Notes under the pieces: model-generated
Databases searched by the model: none
Told to the model about the DNA's origin: nothing
The model's input: only the letters and a program-made list of their open reading frames with translations
Part shown: positions 11,437 to 24,331 of the stretch, one piece after another
How the letters are laid out: the number at the start of each line of letters is the position of its first letter
Position numbering within the stretch: position 1 is the first letter of the stretch
Position numbers and translations under genes: made by a program
From: Octopus bimaculoides
Lineage: Eukaryota
Direction of reading: 5' to 3'
NCBI RefSeq assembly: GCF_001194135.2
Contig: NC_068985.1
Coordinates: 22,111,523 to 22,175,522, forward strand
Length of the DNA stretch: 64,000 bases

Positions 11437-12722
11437 CAGGCTGAGTAAAAAGGAACGTTTTGAAACATGAAATTCATCAAAATATATTTCAACAATGCAG
11501 AAATTTTATACATCAAAGTAAGTACCATTACAATCAACATATTTTTGTCAACAAGTTACAAGTTTGTTTATTCTGGTAACATAAAAAAAAAAATCTGGTG
11601 TTCTGGAGCTGATGAACTCTTTGAATGCACTTTCAGCATTGGTTTGATTTTTGAACTCCTTCTCTTACAGGAAACTATCAAGGTGCTTGAAAAAGTGGTA
11701 GTCAGTAGGAGTAAAGTCTGGGGAATAAGTTGGATGGAGAAGAACTTTGTAGCCAAGTTCCCTCAGCTTCTGGAGTGTCGTTAGTGAAACGTGTGGTCAA
11801 GCATTATCATGAAGAATAATTGGCTCTCTTCAGTTGACCAGTCTGGGATGGAGGAGTAACAGTTTTTTGCTCATTTTGGTAATTTCATGGCAATATGTTT
11901 CTGCAGTAATGGTTTCTGCAGGTTTTAAGAAGTTATAGTGAATGAGTCCAACAGTACACCACCAAGCAGTTACCATAACCTTCTTTTTGAAGAGCTCGGA
12001 TTTAGGGAAAGTTTTTGGTGTTTCATTTTGGTCCAACCACTGCGAAGAATGTTTTTTATTATTGTGCAGAATCCACTTCTCATCACAAGTTACAATATGG
12101 TTGAGAAATGGGTCGGTCTGGTTATAGAGAAGAAGCAACAAGCAAATTTCATATCTACACATTTTCTGATTTTCATTCAAATTGTGTGGTACCCATTTGT
12201 CGAGCTTTTTTGATTTTCCAATCGCATGCAAATGGTTGCAGGCAGTTTTCTGGCTAACTTGAAGTTCTTTGCTAGTTCTTGAGTGGTTTTACATGGCTCT
12301 TTCTCAATGATGATCTTTCACTGACTGTCATCGATGTCAGATGGGTGTCCACTATGTTCACAATCTTCAAGGTTTGGGTCTCCACTGTGAAATCGTTTAA
12401 ACCATTTTCAAGCTGACCACTCACTGGTCAGTTCCTCACCAAACGTTTCATTGATATCGCAAGCAGTTCCAGCTGCTTTTATGTCCTTTTTTGAAGTTGA
12501 ATAGCAAAATTGCTTGAATATCATGCTTTAACAGTTCCATTTCAGATGATTGTAACAATGGTGAAAAAAATATCAATGTTAATTTATTGATGCATTTGAG
12601 CAAGTTTATGTCTGTATTATCAGATAATTGCAAAAAAATGTCTAAAAAAATTCAAAACTCTGCAACAATCCAGTACAAATTCTTCATGATTCAAAACGTT
12701 GCTTATTTTTTATTCAGCTTGG
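11437..12722 (-). mobile_element. Mariner (Tc1/mariner) transposon, near full length, transposase disrupted
   Basis: Motifs WVPHNL, IVTCDEKWIL, KKVMVTAWW, ILHDNA* and HPTYSPDFTPTDYHF. Imperfect TIRs caggctgagtaaaaaggaacgttttgaaacatga and (rc) ccaagctgaataaaaaataagcaacgttttgaatcatga, with TA at 12723-24. Confidence 0.92.
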
Positions 12723-13701
12723 TACTATTTGATTATAAGAACCCTGCAGCTCAACAAATCCTGTCAGACTGTCCAACCTATGTTAGGATGTTAGGTGATA
12801 ATGATGATAGTGATGGTGGTGATGGTGGTGAAGACTAAAGATAAGATTTAAGACAACTTATATTATTTGATTGTAAGATTGCTTATATCATTTGATTATA
12901 ACAATGTTAAAGGCAGCAAAGTGGCACAATTGTAAAGCATTGGATAGAATGCCTCACAGTGTTTGTTCTTGATTCTCTGCATTCTAGTTTCAAATCCTAC
13001 CGAAGTCAACTTTGTTTTTCATCTGTTTGAATTCAATAAAAAGACACCAATCCAACCAATCCAAAGCAGTAGATTGGTAAAACTGTCAAAGAGTTGAACA
13101 AGATGTTTGCAACACTTGTTCTGGCTCAGTGTGTTCTGAAAGAATTACATGTGATGATACTGGAACCAAACTGTATCAGCTCAAGCTGGTGGCCTTTCTT
13201 TTGGATAAATACACAGGATACATAGAAAAGAGTCACTTGCGTGTTTGGCCAACTGCCAGTCTTTTTCAAAGAATCTTGCCCAGGCTTGTGCTTACATGTG
13301 AAAATGCATAGTCAGCTTTGACCAACAGAGGCTACCCCAAGGCTGCTTTACTGAGATTGATTTAGAGCTAAACAATAACAACAATGATATAATATTCAAT
13401 AATTTTCTTCATTTAAGGAAATCAAGATTGAATCATATGCTTAATTAAGGTTTCATGACATTTCCATACTTCATACATATTTTATGTTAGAATATATATT
13501 TTGAAAAAATAATTATATTAAAAATATCACAGTATTAAGTTATCAAACCAATGTAGATATAGTTATGGTTATACAGTCGACTTAAATACAGCAGGCCATT
13601 TTCAAAATACATACATTATAAATTAGTTTTACCATATAATTAAATGATATATTATATAGTTAAACAAAACGAATACATTTTTCAGTGATAATACTGATGT
13701 T

Positions 13702-13903
13702 TTAACTCTTTAGCCAAATGTAATGCCTATTTATGCACATAGTTTTGAATCAATCATGCATTATCTTGTTGCTTCAAAAGTTTGATAATCCGACTGTATA
13801 TTTTTAGAATGACACTGTAGAGAGGTTACATCTGGCCAGTTTGAGCACAAAACAGGTAGTATATTTGGGCCAGGTATGATCAGTTTAAATACTAAAGGGT
13901 TAA
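13702..13903. mobile_element. piggyBac-type MITE (TTAA-flanked)
   Basis: TTAA|ctctttag ... ctaaaggg|TTAA. The internal sequence is the reverse complement of the copies at 18353 and 32777. Confidence 0.75.
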
Positions 13904-14476
13904 AATATATATTTTTTTTTAATTTACAACAGAAAGTAAGTCTTTCTCAAATTATGTATCAAACAAAGGGGAAAATATCCCAAGTAAGCCATATTATAAA
14001 ATATAATATTGCAAAAGAAATTTCTTCTTAAAACAGATGTTACATCAACCTAAAAATATATATAATACAGACTCATCCTTTATTATTTTAACAGTGTTTG
14101 TCTTAAGCTAACCCTTTATTTATAAAGACGTGCAGAAAGAACGAGATGGAAAGAGAAATCCTTTTATAGAATTTGTATACCCAACTCAGTCAACATATCA
14201 TTGGTTCATTATTTTAAGAGGTCTTATGACAGCTGTTCAAGAATCATAAGGTAACAGAATGTTGCAAATGCTGCTGATTCCACTGTACTTCTTCTGAATA
14301 TTTAAGAACAACTCCACAAATAACACTCTGCTTTATTGCTGTAAAGCATTAATATGGATAAAAAAATATAGATAATTAAGTTATTCAAAAAATAAAGTTG
14401 GTGATTTTAGTACAATTTTACAGAATTATTGAATACATAGAGAAGTGACCATGTGATTAAGCACACACATGTACAA

Positions 14477-14477
<1 letters not shown>

Positions 14478-14523
<46 letters not shown>

Positions 14524-14531
14524 TGATGATG
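14478..14531. repeat. (AAT)n/(GAT)n microsatellite
   Basis: Read directly from the sequence. Confidence 0.95.
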
Positions 14532-14591
14532 GTTTCAAATTTTGGCACAAGGCCAGCAATTTTAAGAAGAGAGTGAAATCAGTTACATGGA

Positions 14592-14842
14592 CATCATCAT
14601 CATCATCATCATCGTTTAACGTCCACTTTCCATGCTAGCATGGGTTGGACGATTTGACTGAGGACTGGTGAAACCGGATGGCAACACCAGGCTCCAATCT
14701 AATTTGGCAGAGTTTCTACAGCTGGATGCCCTTCCTAACGCCAACCACTCAGAGAGTGTAGTGGGTGCTTTTACGTGTCACCCGCACGAAAACGGCCATG
14801 CTCGAAATGGTGTCTTTTATGTGCCACCCGCACAAACCAGTC
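14592..14842 (-). mobile_element. Family X copy nested inside a family Z SINE (14530-15000)
   Basis: The family X sequence splits the Z element between ggtttcaaattttggcacaaggccagc and ctggtacttatttt..ttgaactcagaac. Confidence 0.8.
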
Positions 14843-15582
14843 CCAAATATTAATCTGGTACTTATTTTAACAACCCTGAAAGGATGAAAGGCAAAGTTGA
14901 CCTTGATGTAATTTGAACTCAGAACATGAATCAGAAGAAATAATGCAAAGTATTTTTTTTTTCCTGGTGCCGTAATGATTCTGCCACCCCAACATCTTAA
15001 GACTACTACTACTAGTAATAATAATAAATTTTTACAACTTATATTATGTTTTGTATGCAGTCTGTTATGAAATTATTAGTATTTATAATTCTTGCAAAAC
15101 TATTTCTCTAATTACCAAGCAACTAATCATTTGATTGCTCGCTTCCAATTTCCTTCAATTATTTGTGTTTTATACAATTATTAATTAGCTACATTTTTCG
15201 TTTCTTTTCCAATTCCATTTTAAATGAAATTTAAGAATATCAGTAAGTATTATACTCTCAAATTTTGAATGAAATTTCAGATTAAAGCAATGCAAACAAG
15301 TAACAAGTGATGATGAATACTAACTATGAAACTAAACAGTATGACAGAAAACTTAAGGAATGTCAATTGAAACAATGTACAGAGCAACTTCTTAAATATC
15401 TTAGTGCATGACAGATGTCATATATTGCTGAAAAACCAACTGAAAAAACGCCATTATAGAGAATAATAGCTAAAAAGAAATTGCTACATTATCTGTTCTA
15501 ACACACACACACACACACACATATGAATACAAAACAAAGGTGGAGAAAATAGTATTTGAATACTAACTGTAGAGTAAAATCC

Positions 15583-15750
15583 TATTTTATTAAAGCTGAA
15601 AAAAATTCACAAACAGCCACTCAGAGTTTCACATAACTATTCATCAGACAGTCAAGATTATTCAGAATACTATTCATGACTGTCTAACAAATGGTTATGT
15701 GAAACTCTGAGTAACAGCTTGTAAAAAGTTTTTTTACCTTTGATAAAATT
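15583..15750. repeat. Palindromic repeat with hammerhead-like arms
   Basis: Perfect 19-bp inverted repeat actcagagtttcacataac (15619-15637) / gttatgtgaaactctgagt (15694-15712), an inner IR agacagtca/tgactgtct, and imperfect outer arms. Confidence 0.85.
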
Positions 15751-15847
15751 ATAAATATGTATATGAAATTTAAAAAGTAACTAAAAATTACATTTCAGTA
15801 TACATTGAATGCTGGGTTAATCTGTAAGGTCAGTCTTTTGTACTTAC

Positions 15848-15975
15848 CCATTATCCCAAATACAGTAAAGCTGTTTTTCATTTAGTTTTTTCTGCACCCC
15901 ATTAGGAAGTCGTGCTACCTCTTCCAATTCATCAAAGGTAGGTGCAATGAAAACATCTCGAAATGTAACTTTTTC
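15848..15975 (-). CDS. Gene A exon: EKVTFRDVFIAPTFDELEEVARLPNGVQKKLNEKQLYCIWDN(G)
   Basis: Acceptor gttttctgtcttttaag and donor TGG|gtaagt. 128 nt, phase 0 to 2. Confidence 0.88.
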
Positions 15976-16935
15976 CTTAAAAGACAGAAAACACTAATAA
16001 AAGTCACCAAAAAACAAAATTAAGGAGGAATACAACTAAAAGGCATACATTTATTAAGACTGTTTCATGACAAATTGTAAGGCAGTGCTGGGGCATTGCC
16101 ATCAGAAACAAGTATAATTTCTTTTACTGAAGGTTCCTTTCAATTCTATGCAGAGTTTAAAACTCTACACATAATGCACACCCTTGCATTCAAATGCATA
16201 AAAACTGTTTTTTTCACATGTTGCATCAGCTGCAGTAACATATTTTACACTAAATATCATAAGGAAATGAAAACAAAAAACAAAAGAAAACTCATGGGGA
16301 GAGCAAAATATTATAGCCATGGATGAAATAAATTTGTTCAGTATTATAAAGAAGGACATGCAAGACAAATTAAAATAATTAGTAAATGCAAAAAATATTA
16401 CTTTCATAATTCTAAGAAAAAAAAATGATATGACGTAAAAAGAGAATTCAACGAAAATATTTCATTAAATTTTTTTTCATGTCACACCATCCTCCTGTAC
16501 TCAATAGCAATGTTTCCTCGACTATTTGCTGTGGGTGTGCACTGAAATTTGCACTGTGTGCAATTTTGTGCTTGTTTGCAAAATATATATGCATCTATGG
16601 GAGTAACCATTGCTCAAATTTCTTCAATTAAAAAAAATCTGATTTCATTTTGAAAACCTTGTGTGTGCACATTCTTTCCTTTTCTTAGCCGTGAAAGTTG
16701 TGCGTGAAAGCTTAGAGAGAACACTGGTCATCATGTGTCTTATTCCTGGAATGGTGAGCAGAAACCTCCTATGGGGCAAGTGGATAACAGGAGAAATCTT
16801 CAGAGGAAGAAATTCTGTCAAACAAGTGTATGATGTCTCAGCTTGGATCTGAACTAGGAACCATTACAAAGGAAAAAGTTTCATAGGTAACACAACAGAA
16901 ATAGATGTTCAAATCAAATGATCAGTGAAACATCA

Positions 16936-16992
<57 letters not shown>
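16936..16992. repeat. (CA)n microsatellite
   Basis: Read directly from the sequence. Confidence 0.95.
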
Positions 16993-16996
<4 letters not shown>

Positions 16997-17364
16997 GGTA
17001 AGGGAGAGAGCTGGAGATAAAGAGAGAAAAATCAAAAAAAGAATTGTGGTCTGTGCAAATGCTAAGGACAGGTGGTAAACAAGAAAAAAACAAGTGGAAT
17101 AACTAAATATTTTACCATAAACTAAAATGCAATGATAAAAATAAATGGAAAAATATGGAGATCATAATTTTCCTGATTACTAATCTAATATTTAGAGTGT
17201 ATATTTATACTAACATATTGTACATATATACCAGTGGCTTTCTTGGTTAAACTCAAGTTAAAAAATAATGAGTTGTATTTCAAATCCAGTCTGAGCCATA
17301 TCCAGGAATAAGACACTTAGTGTCTATCAGAGAATGAACCAAGTAAAACAGCACAGATACAGTC

Positions 17365-17755
17365 GTTTTATTTTTTTGCTTGTTTCAGACACTGGACTGC
17401 AGTCATGCTGGAGCACTCCTTGAAGGTCTTAGTCAATCAAATGATCTCAGTACTTCTTTTAAGTTTGATACTTTTTCTCTATCAGTCTCTTATTGTTAAA
17501 CTGCTAAGTTACAATGACACAAAACACAATGACTATCAAATGGTCAGAGGTAAATTCAAAGGCACACACACACACACACATACACACACACACACAATGG
17601 GTTTCTACACAATTCCAACTATCAAATTCTCTCATAAGACAATGGTGAGCCTGGAGGCTTATAGAAAACATTTGCCCAAGATGCTGTGTAGTGGGACTGA
17701 ACCCAATGCCACATAGTTGCAAAGCAAACTTCTTAACCATATGACCATGCATAGA
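17365..17755 (-). mobile_element. Composite SINE: head Y, (GT)n, tail W
   Basis: Same modules as 10075-10435. Confidence 0.7.
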
Positions 17756-18352
17756 CCAATTGTAAATATATTGTAAACATATACTTTAAAGTTGAGATTA
17801 ATAGTCTAGAAAATTATCATCTTAATAAGACTAACTCTTAGCAGTCATCTGAACATTTAATATGAAAATTTCTTACAAGAAAAATATTTTTCTAAAGATG
17901 GATATAAAATGCAGGAAACAATTCAATGTGTAAAAGGATCTTATAGTTAAATACAAATGGAAGATAAATTAGCCTAAAGTCCCCCTTTGTCGACTCTTTT
18001 CTAAAAATGATTGCCACTTTTATTTTTGATCAACATTTAAATGTTACCGTAATTTTCAGCAGTTTCATATCAAACTGTAAAGATTTAAACTATGCCTTTT
18101 GTTCATGACTACATAAATTAGCAGAATTTGTCTTAGATAAATAAAAATTCTCATGTATTTCTCTTTGATATCTTCCTCAATGATGAACCTGATATCCTAA
18201 AGACTCACTTGGACTTTGCCTTCATGCAATGTATGTAGGGCATGTCAGTTTGCTGGAGCCAATCTTGTCTAAATTGTGTTCAGAGGAGTTGAATTCAGTA
18301 CCTCAAACCAATAAAACACTTGTCAATTTTATAACTAATATTGGTGAGTTGT

Positions 18353-18582
18353 TTAACCCTTCAGCTTTTAAACCAGCTATATCTGGCCCAAATATTCTTC
18401 CTGTTTTATGTTCAAACTGACCACATCCAGCCTCTCACATCTATCCGACACAATGTCATTCAAGGCATTAACAATCATATCATCAAAATCTTAAAGCCAT
18501 GAGATAATGCTTGATTAATTAAAAACAACGTGAATCAACGAGCATAACATTTGACAGAATAATCTGATTGCTAAAGAGTTAA
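18353..18582. mobile_element. piggyBac-type MITE
   Basis: TTAA|cccttcagc ... gctaaagag|TTAA. Confidence 0.75.
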
Positions 18583-20804
18583 CCAATATTTTAACACCCT
18601 AACCACACTTCCTTTATCTTCTCTGTATGAAAATATATAGAATTATAAAGTGCAGGCATAGTTGTGTGGATAAAAAATTTTGCTTCACAACCACATGGTT
18701 TTAGGTTCAGTCATTCTGCAATGGCACCTTGAGTAATTCATTTCTGCTACAGCCCTGGCCTGCTAATGCCTTGTGAGTAAATTTCATAGATGGAAACTGT
18801 TAGATACTGTAAGATACTGTAAGAATTTACTCATCTCTCTAGATCAAGCCATGAAGTTATGTTACTATAAGTATTCCGTAAAGGAAAGCTTATATCATCA
18901 ATATTACTTTACAGTTCACTTTCTTGCATGAGGTGAAAGATTTTAATGCATATTTTTTAAGGCTGAATGAATTTACTGTTACCAACCCCAACCTGTTTCC
19001 AAACAATATAATATTTCCCATAGTCCATCTAATATGAACCTCAATGACATGTTTTCACTGCAGACACAACACCATTTTCCAAACAAAAATGGTGTGCATG
19101 TGTGTGCACTTGCAAGTGTGTGTGTGTGTGTATGTGTGTGTTTGTCTTGGCATTTGTGCACTGCTTGTAAACAAAGTCATCAGTTATACAAAAACATTAT
19201 CATTTGTCAGTAATCTTCTGTGAAAACATGTCTGATCATCAAGTCCTTCATGTCTGAAAGACAGCGGGGAATATTACCTTTCTTGTAAACTAGTAAGGAT
19301 TAACATAGTGCACATCCAGCCAGAGAAAAACATGCCTCTATAAATTTTGTCTGACCAATGCAAGCATGGAAAAGTAGAAGTTAAAACGATGACAACAATG
19401 ACAATAAAAGCTTTTCTTTACAGAATGCTTATAGTGACATAACTTCATAACTTAACCTAGAGCTATGAGTAAATATATGAACACAGTTTGCTCTTTGGCA
19501 AACAGAAAAAGCTTTGAAGCAATCATGCCATATTCAGTTAATGCAACAAATACAATAAAACCATTTGCAAGTCATTCAATAATAACACAAATAGGCATAA
19601 AAAATGAGAGCTTGAAAATATCACTCTCACAGAAGTCAAGAATCTGAGTCAGCCATCCAATAAACACCGAATTCAATATGGTATATTGGAATGGATCAAC
19701 TGAAATAACTTCAGATTGATCAGCATGCTGATGTAACCATTTATTATTATACTTATGAAAACAGTTTGTACAGCTATATAACAATATTAGCTTAAACAAA
19801 TTAAACAGAGTTCTGAAAACAAACATCAGAGAACTACTGGGTTAATTAATTGATAAGCATTATTCATAATTCAGTAGGTTCTTGTGTAGAAAACAAAGAC
19901 AAGAACTTTGCTTTAGTGACATTATGACAATAATATTAATGACTGTAAAACACAAGAAATTATTACATTGGTCCAAGAAATCTAAGACAAATATAAGTAT
20001 ATTTGAGTAACTTTTAATTTCTTTTCTACTTTAGGGGCTTCATGTATTAAGAAAATTGTTGAAATATGTATTTTGTAGAAGATTGTTCTTATGACCTTGG
20101 ATAAGCAAATACTCTCCTCACTCCTTCTCTCTCTCTCTCCTTCTTTGTGTATGTGTGTGTATGCATGCACATATGCATGTGTACATGTATATATGCATTT
20201 AAGTATGTATGTTTACATGAATGAATGAGTGAACAAATGAAAGGAAACAGTACTCAACACGTTTGGTTGGAATTACATGGATTTAATAACAGTTTAACTC
20301 AGCTCAACATTACATTCGTGGGTGTAGGACATGTCCACCTCCTCAGAACATCTGATCAGGTCTTTGCTTCCCAGCCATGTGGTTTCAGGTTCAGTCTCAC
20401 TGTGCAGCGCCTTGGGCAAGTGTTTTTTAGTACGACCCAGGATGGACAAAGTTATGTGAGTAGATTTAGCAGGTGGAAACTAAAAGAAGCCTGTTGGACA
20501 CACACACACACACACATACATATACTCATTCAAACTCAAATGTGTTTGTAGGACTTGAATGACCTCTTGTACTCTCTCCTTCCAATTTGTGTGCTACTTT
20601 TGAGGGTGATAAGCTGAAAAAACTTGGGCACTTGCTTAAAGATTTCCAATGCCTATTATTATTGGGTCCTCAAGAATCCACTTTTTTCTAGTGACAGGAC
20701 ACAAGATTTGAATCCAAAATGCATGGAGCCACACAACATAAACTTCAAGACATTCCACTTGAAGCTCTACAAATTCTGCCAAGATTATACAATATAGGTA
20801 CAAA

Positions 20805-21057
20805 TATAGCTGTATCTATATTAGTTGTGTGGTTAGAAAGCTTGCTTTGAAACTATGTGGTTTTGAGTTCAGTCCCACTGCATGGCACCCTTGGGTAAGT
20901 GTCTTCTGCTATAGTCCTAAACTGACCAATGCCTTGTGAGTGAATTTGGTAGATAGAAACTGTGTGGAAGCCTATCATATGCATGTATGTATGTATGTAT
21001 GTATGTATGCATGTATGTATGCATGTATGCATGCATGCATGCATGCATGTGTGTGTG

Positions 21058-21121
<64 letters not shown>
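20805..21121 (+). mobile_element. tRNA-derived SINE head Y followed by a compound (ATGT)/(TA)/(TG) microsatellite
   Basis: gtgtggttagaaagcttgct..gagttcagtcccactgcatggcacc..gccttgtgagtgaatttgg. Confidence 0.75.
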
Positions 21122-21998
21122 AGAAGGTTGAAGAGGAACACACAAGTTGATATGTATAAGGTAAATAAGACAAGGTAGGAAATGCTAAAATAATTTGATC
21201 ATGAAAACCCTTTTAGTACTGGTTTCAGTCATTGAGACTTTTTCAACTTAGAGTAAAGTATGAAAAACATTAAATTGTGGAAAAATTAAATGAAAAGATT
21301 TTTAAGAAAAATATTTCCATAGTATTCAAATACAAGGGGCATTTTCCTTGTTTCTACCTGTCTCTATTTCTCTCTTTTTTTACTCTTGTGGGTTCGATAT
21401 ATATATATGTGTGTCTGTGTGTGTACGTATGTCTTGTGTGTGTATTTGTTACCAGCATACTCTCACCATTTGACAACCAATGTTGGTTTGTTTATGGCCC
21501 CATAAATTAGTGGTTTGACAAAAAGAGACTGATAGAATAAGTATCACATTTTAAAAAAGCATAAGTTGATTTGTTGAACTAAATCCTTCAAGGCAGTGCT
21601 CCAGTATGGCCACAGTCCAATGATTGAAACAAGTCAGAGGTAAAAGAAAGAATTGATTTATTCAGCTCTCCATCGTAACTTAGCTACTGGTCTACCTCTT
21701 CATTAACATCATCTTCAGTGTTTGTTGTTTTCAAAACCTATATACTCAGTCCTTTATTCTAAGGACTTCTAACTTTCACCTTTCTCATATGCTCCAGAAA
21801 TAACTAGTCTTCAAACTTTCAAATTGTGTAGTAATCATATCTATTTAAGCCATTCTTTCTATGCTTCTTATGCAAGAGAAGAGAGCCTCAGGTGTTATCT
21901 GCTGCATTATTCTTCTACAGTCATAATGATAACAAAAATTACAACAATTATAGTTAGTTCTGCTGATGTACGAATGTAAAACAAGACATTTATCTTAC

Positions 21999-22118
21999 AG
22001 GCTGTTCCTTGTTAGCATCTCCATTGGCAGCATTTGTTTGTTCTGCATCATTGTCTGTGATAGAGGCAGGAAGAACAATTGGGAATTCTCGCCAATGAAA
22101 TAACATCTTCTCTGCAAG
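21999..22118 (-). CDS. Gene A exon: LAEKMLFHWREFPIVLPASITDNDAEQTNAANGDANKEQP
   Basis: Acceptor ttgtctttctacaatttag and donor CCT|gtaaga. 120 nt, phase 0 to 0. Confidence 0.85.
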
Positions 22119-22420
22119 CTAAATTGTAGAAAGACAAAACAATGAAAGTAAAAGAATAGCTGTTTTTCTTTGTAACAAAGAGATATTTATAAATATTTTT
22201 TTTTCAAATATTATTACTTCTAGCTAGAACATGCTGTGTTGAATATTGCTGGAAGATAATACCTTTCTAATCAATTTAGCTTAGTAAATAACTAGTTGCC
22301 TATTTTGCATTAATCTCATGTTGCTGTTGTTTAACCCTGGGTTAACTCTGATCAAGCAAACTTATTATCAGACGCATTTCAGCTGCAATCATCCCATCAT
22401 TTTGTTTTCATAGATATAAT

Positions 22421-22775
22421 CATCATCCTCATCGTTGTTTAACGTTTGCTTTCTATGCTAGCATGGGTTGGACGATTTGACTGAGGACTGGCAAGCCAGC
22501 AGGCTGCACCAGGCTGCACCAGGCTCCAATCTGATCTGGCAGAGTTTCTACAGCTGGATGCCCTTCCTAACGCCAACCACTCCGAGAGTGTAGTAGGTGT
22601 TTTTACGTGCCACCGGCACGAGGGCCAGTCACATGGTACTGGCAACGGCCACGCTCAAAAAGGTGTTTTTTACGTGCCACCTGCACGGGAGCCAGTCCAG
22701 CGGCACTGGCAACGACCTCGCTCGAATGATTTTCTAACGTGCCACCAGCACAAGTGCTAGAAGGCAACACTGGTA
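22421..22775 (-). mobile_element. Family X copy with 3 tandem units
   Basis: Near-identical to 4078-4527. Confidence 0.85.
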
Positions 22776-23769
22776 AATGTATCTAAAATTGTATTCTTCC
22801 TTTTTTTTTTAAGATGGTAGGAAGTGATGAGGCACAGAGACATAGCTTGTTATTTCTAGCAAACAGAAAATCTACCCCTGAGCACATTTTTCAAAATTGG
22901 CACCTTTTCAACAATTTTTTGTGCAATAACAGTCAAATCTGTTTACTATGTTTTTTTTTTTTTGTTTTTTTTTGTTAATCACATGGAAGAACTTTCGGGT
23001 GTCATTGCTTTATTTGACCAACTTCCCGTGTTTTTGCTCAATCTCCTGTGATGTGTTGGTGACCGCTGATATCTGAAGAACCAAAATAAACCCTGATGTC
23101 ATAACCTCTTAACACTGGACAATCCCATGGAGTTTCATCTTATTCATGTCACACCAATATCAGTAGTTGTAATACAATTATGCATACCATAACTAATGAA
23201 ATATATCGTGTGATATAAGAGAAATGAGTTTTAAATTGTTTGATATGTGTCACAACACCCTTTTTTTTATATATATTTGCTCCCCATAACTTTAGAATGT
23301 GGCTATGCTACTGTTTCCTTGATAGATCAGATGGCTACTTTTTACTTTTACATTCCATTTGAAATAATAAAAATAATTTGAAAATTTTCAATATAAAAAT
23401 CTTCTAAATTAAGAGATTCTCCAAATTGAACCTAATTAGGTTTAATATTCCCATTTTAAATTATAATAATATATAATGAACTTATTGTCTACAGTGCTCA
23501 AGTGCACAACAATTTAATATTAAAATGCCATTTTTTAGCACATTATATGGAGTGTGCAATAATAGTTTTTCTCTTCTTTTCTTGTGATTGGCTTAGATTT
23601 TAGTAAGAAATTATTAATTCTGTTCTTAATCAATACCAGAGATATTCTGTGGGATTGGATAAGTTTGCATGCCGAGAGGAGAAAATGAATTTAATGTTTC
23701 TGGTCTATCGAAACCATCAAACTTCTTTATCTCCACTAAACTGATTTATCCACCACAAGGTTCAGTTCT

Positions 23770-24040
23770 TGTGATGTAGTGGCTTGTGTGCCTCATTGAC
23801 CCTGAGATCTATGCCAGCAGTGCATAAGCTCCAGGTAGGTCAAAGAATAGAGACCAAACAAATATGGACTACCTCTTCACTAAGGTAAAACTGGGTTTGT
23901 GTAGGGCCAACAGCTCTACCTAGAAAAGGAGCAAAGTTACAGATGCCAACAAGACCTGGAAGAAAAAAAGACAACCCAGAGTCAAGACGAGTAGAGAAAA
24001 GTTGTCAATGGCCTATTTTCTGCAAGGAGCAAAGGGAATA
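23770..24040 (+). mobile_element. Short internally deleted RTE-type element (5' UTR-like end joined to 3' end)
   Basis: gtgatgtagtggcttgtgtgcctcattgaccctgagatctatgcc resembles RTE 5' ends, and gttgtcaatggcctattttctgcaaggagcaaaggg resembles RTE 3' ends. Recognised from memory only. Confidence 0.45.
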
Positions 24041-24331
24041 ATTTTTTAAAATACTGATTTATACAAACTAGTTTAGATTCTAAACAGTTTAGATTCTAAA
24101 AGAAAAATCAGTGAAAAACTTCATTGAATCAATTTTTGCTGTGTCCTATTAAACTGTGATCTATTAAAGCAGTGTTGTTGAACAAAGAAAAGAAGAAGCA
24201 TTGATAAAAATATTTCTTTTAAATTGCTTTAAAGCTCAGAAATAATTCAAAATAGTCAAATTATAAATTATGAAGTCATAATTTACTCTGTACATTGTAT
24301 TTATGCAAAATATAAAAATTATTTTACGTAC

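Noticed and set aside
19572-19826. Minus-strand ORF with donor gtgaga
   Set aside because: It ends in phase 1 inside a phase-0 intron of gene A, and I found no compensating exon.
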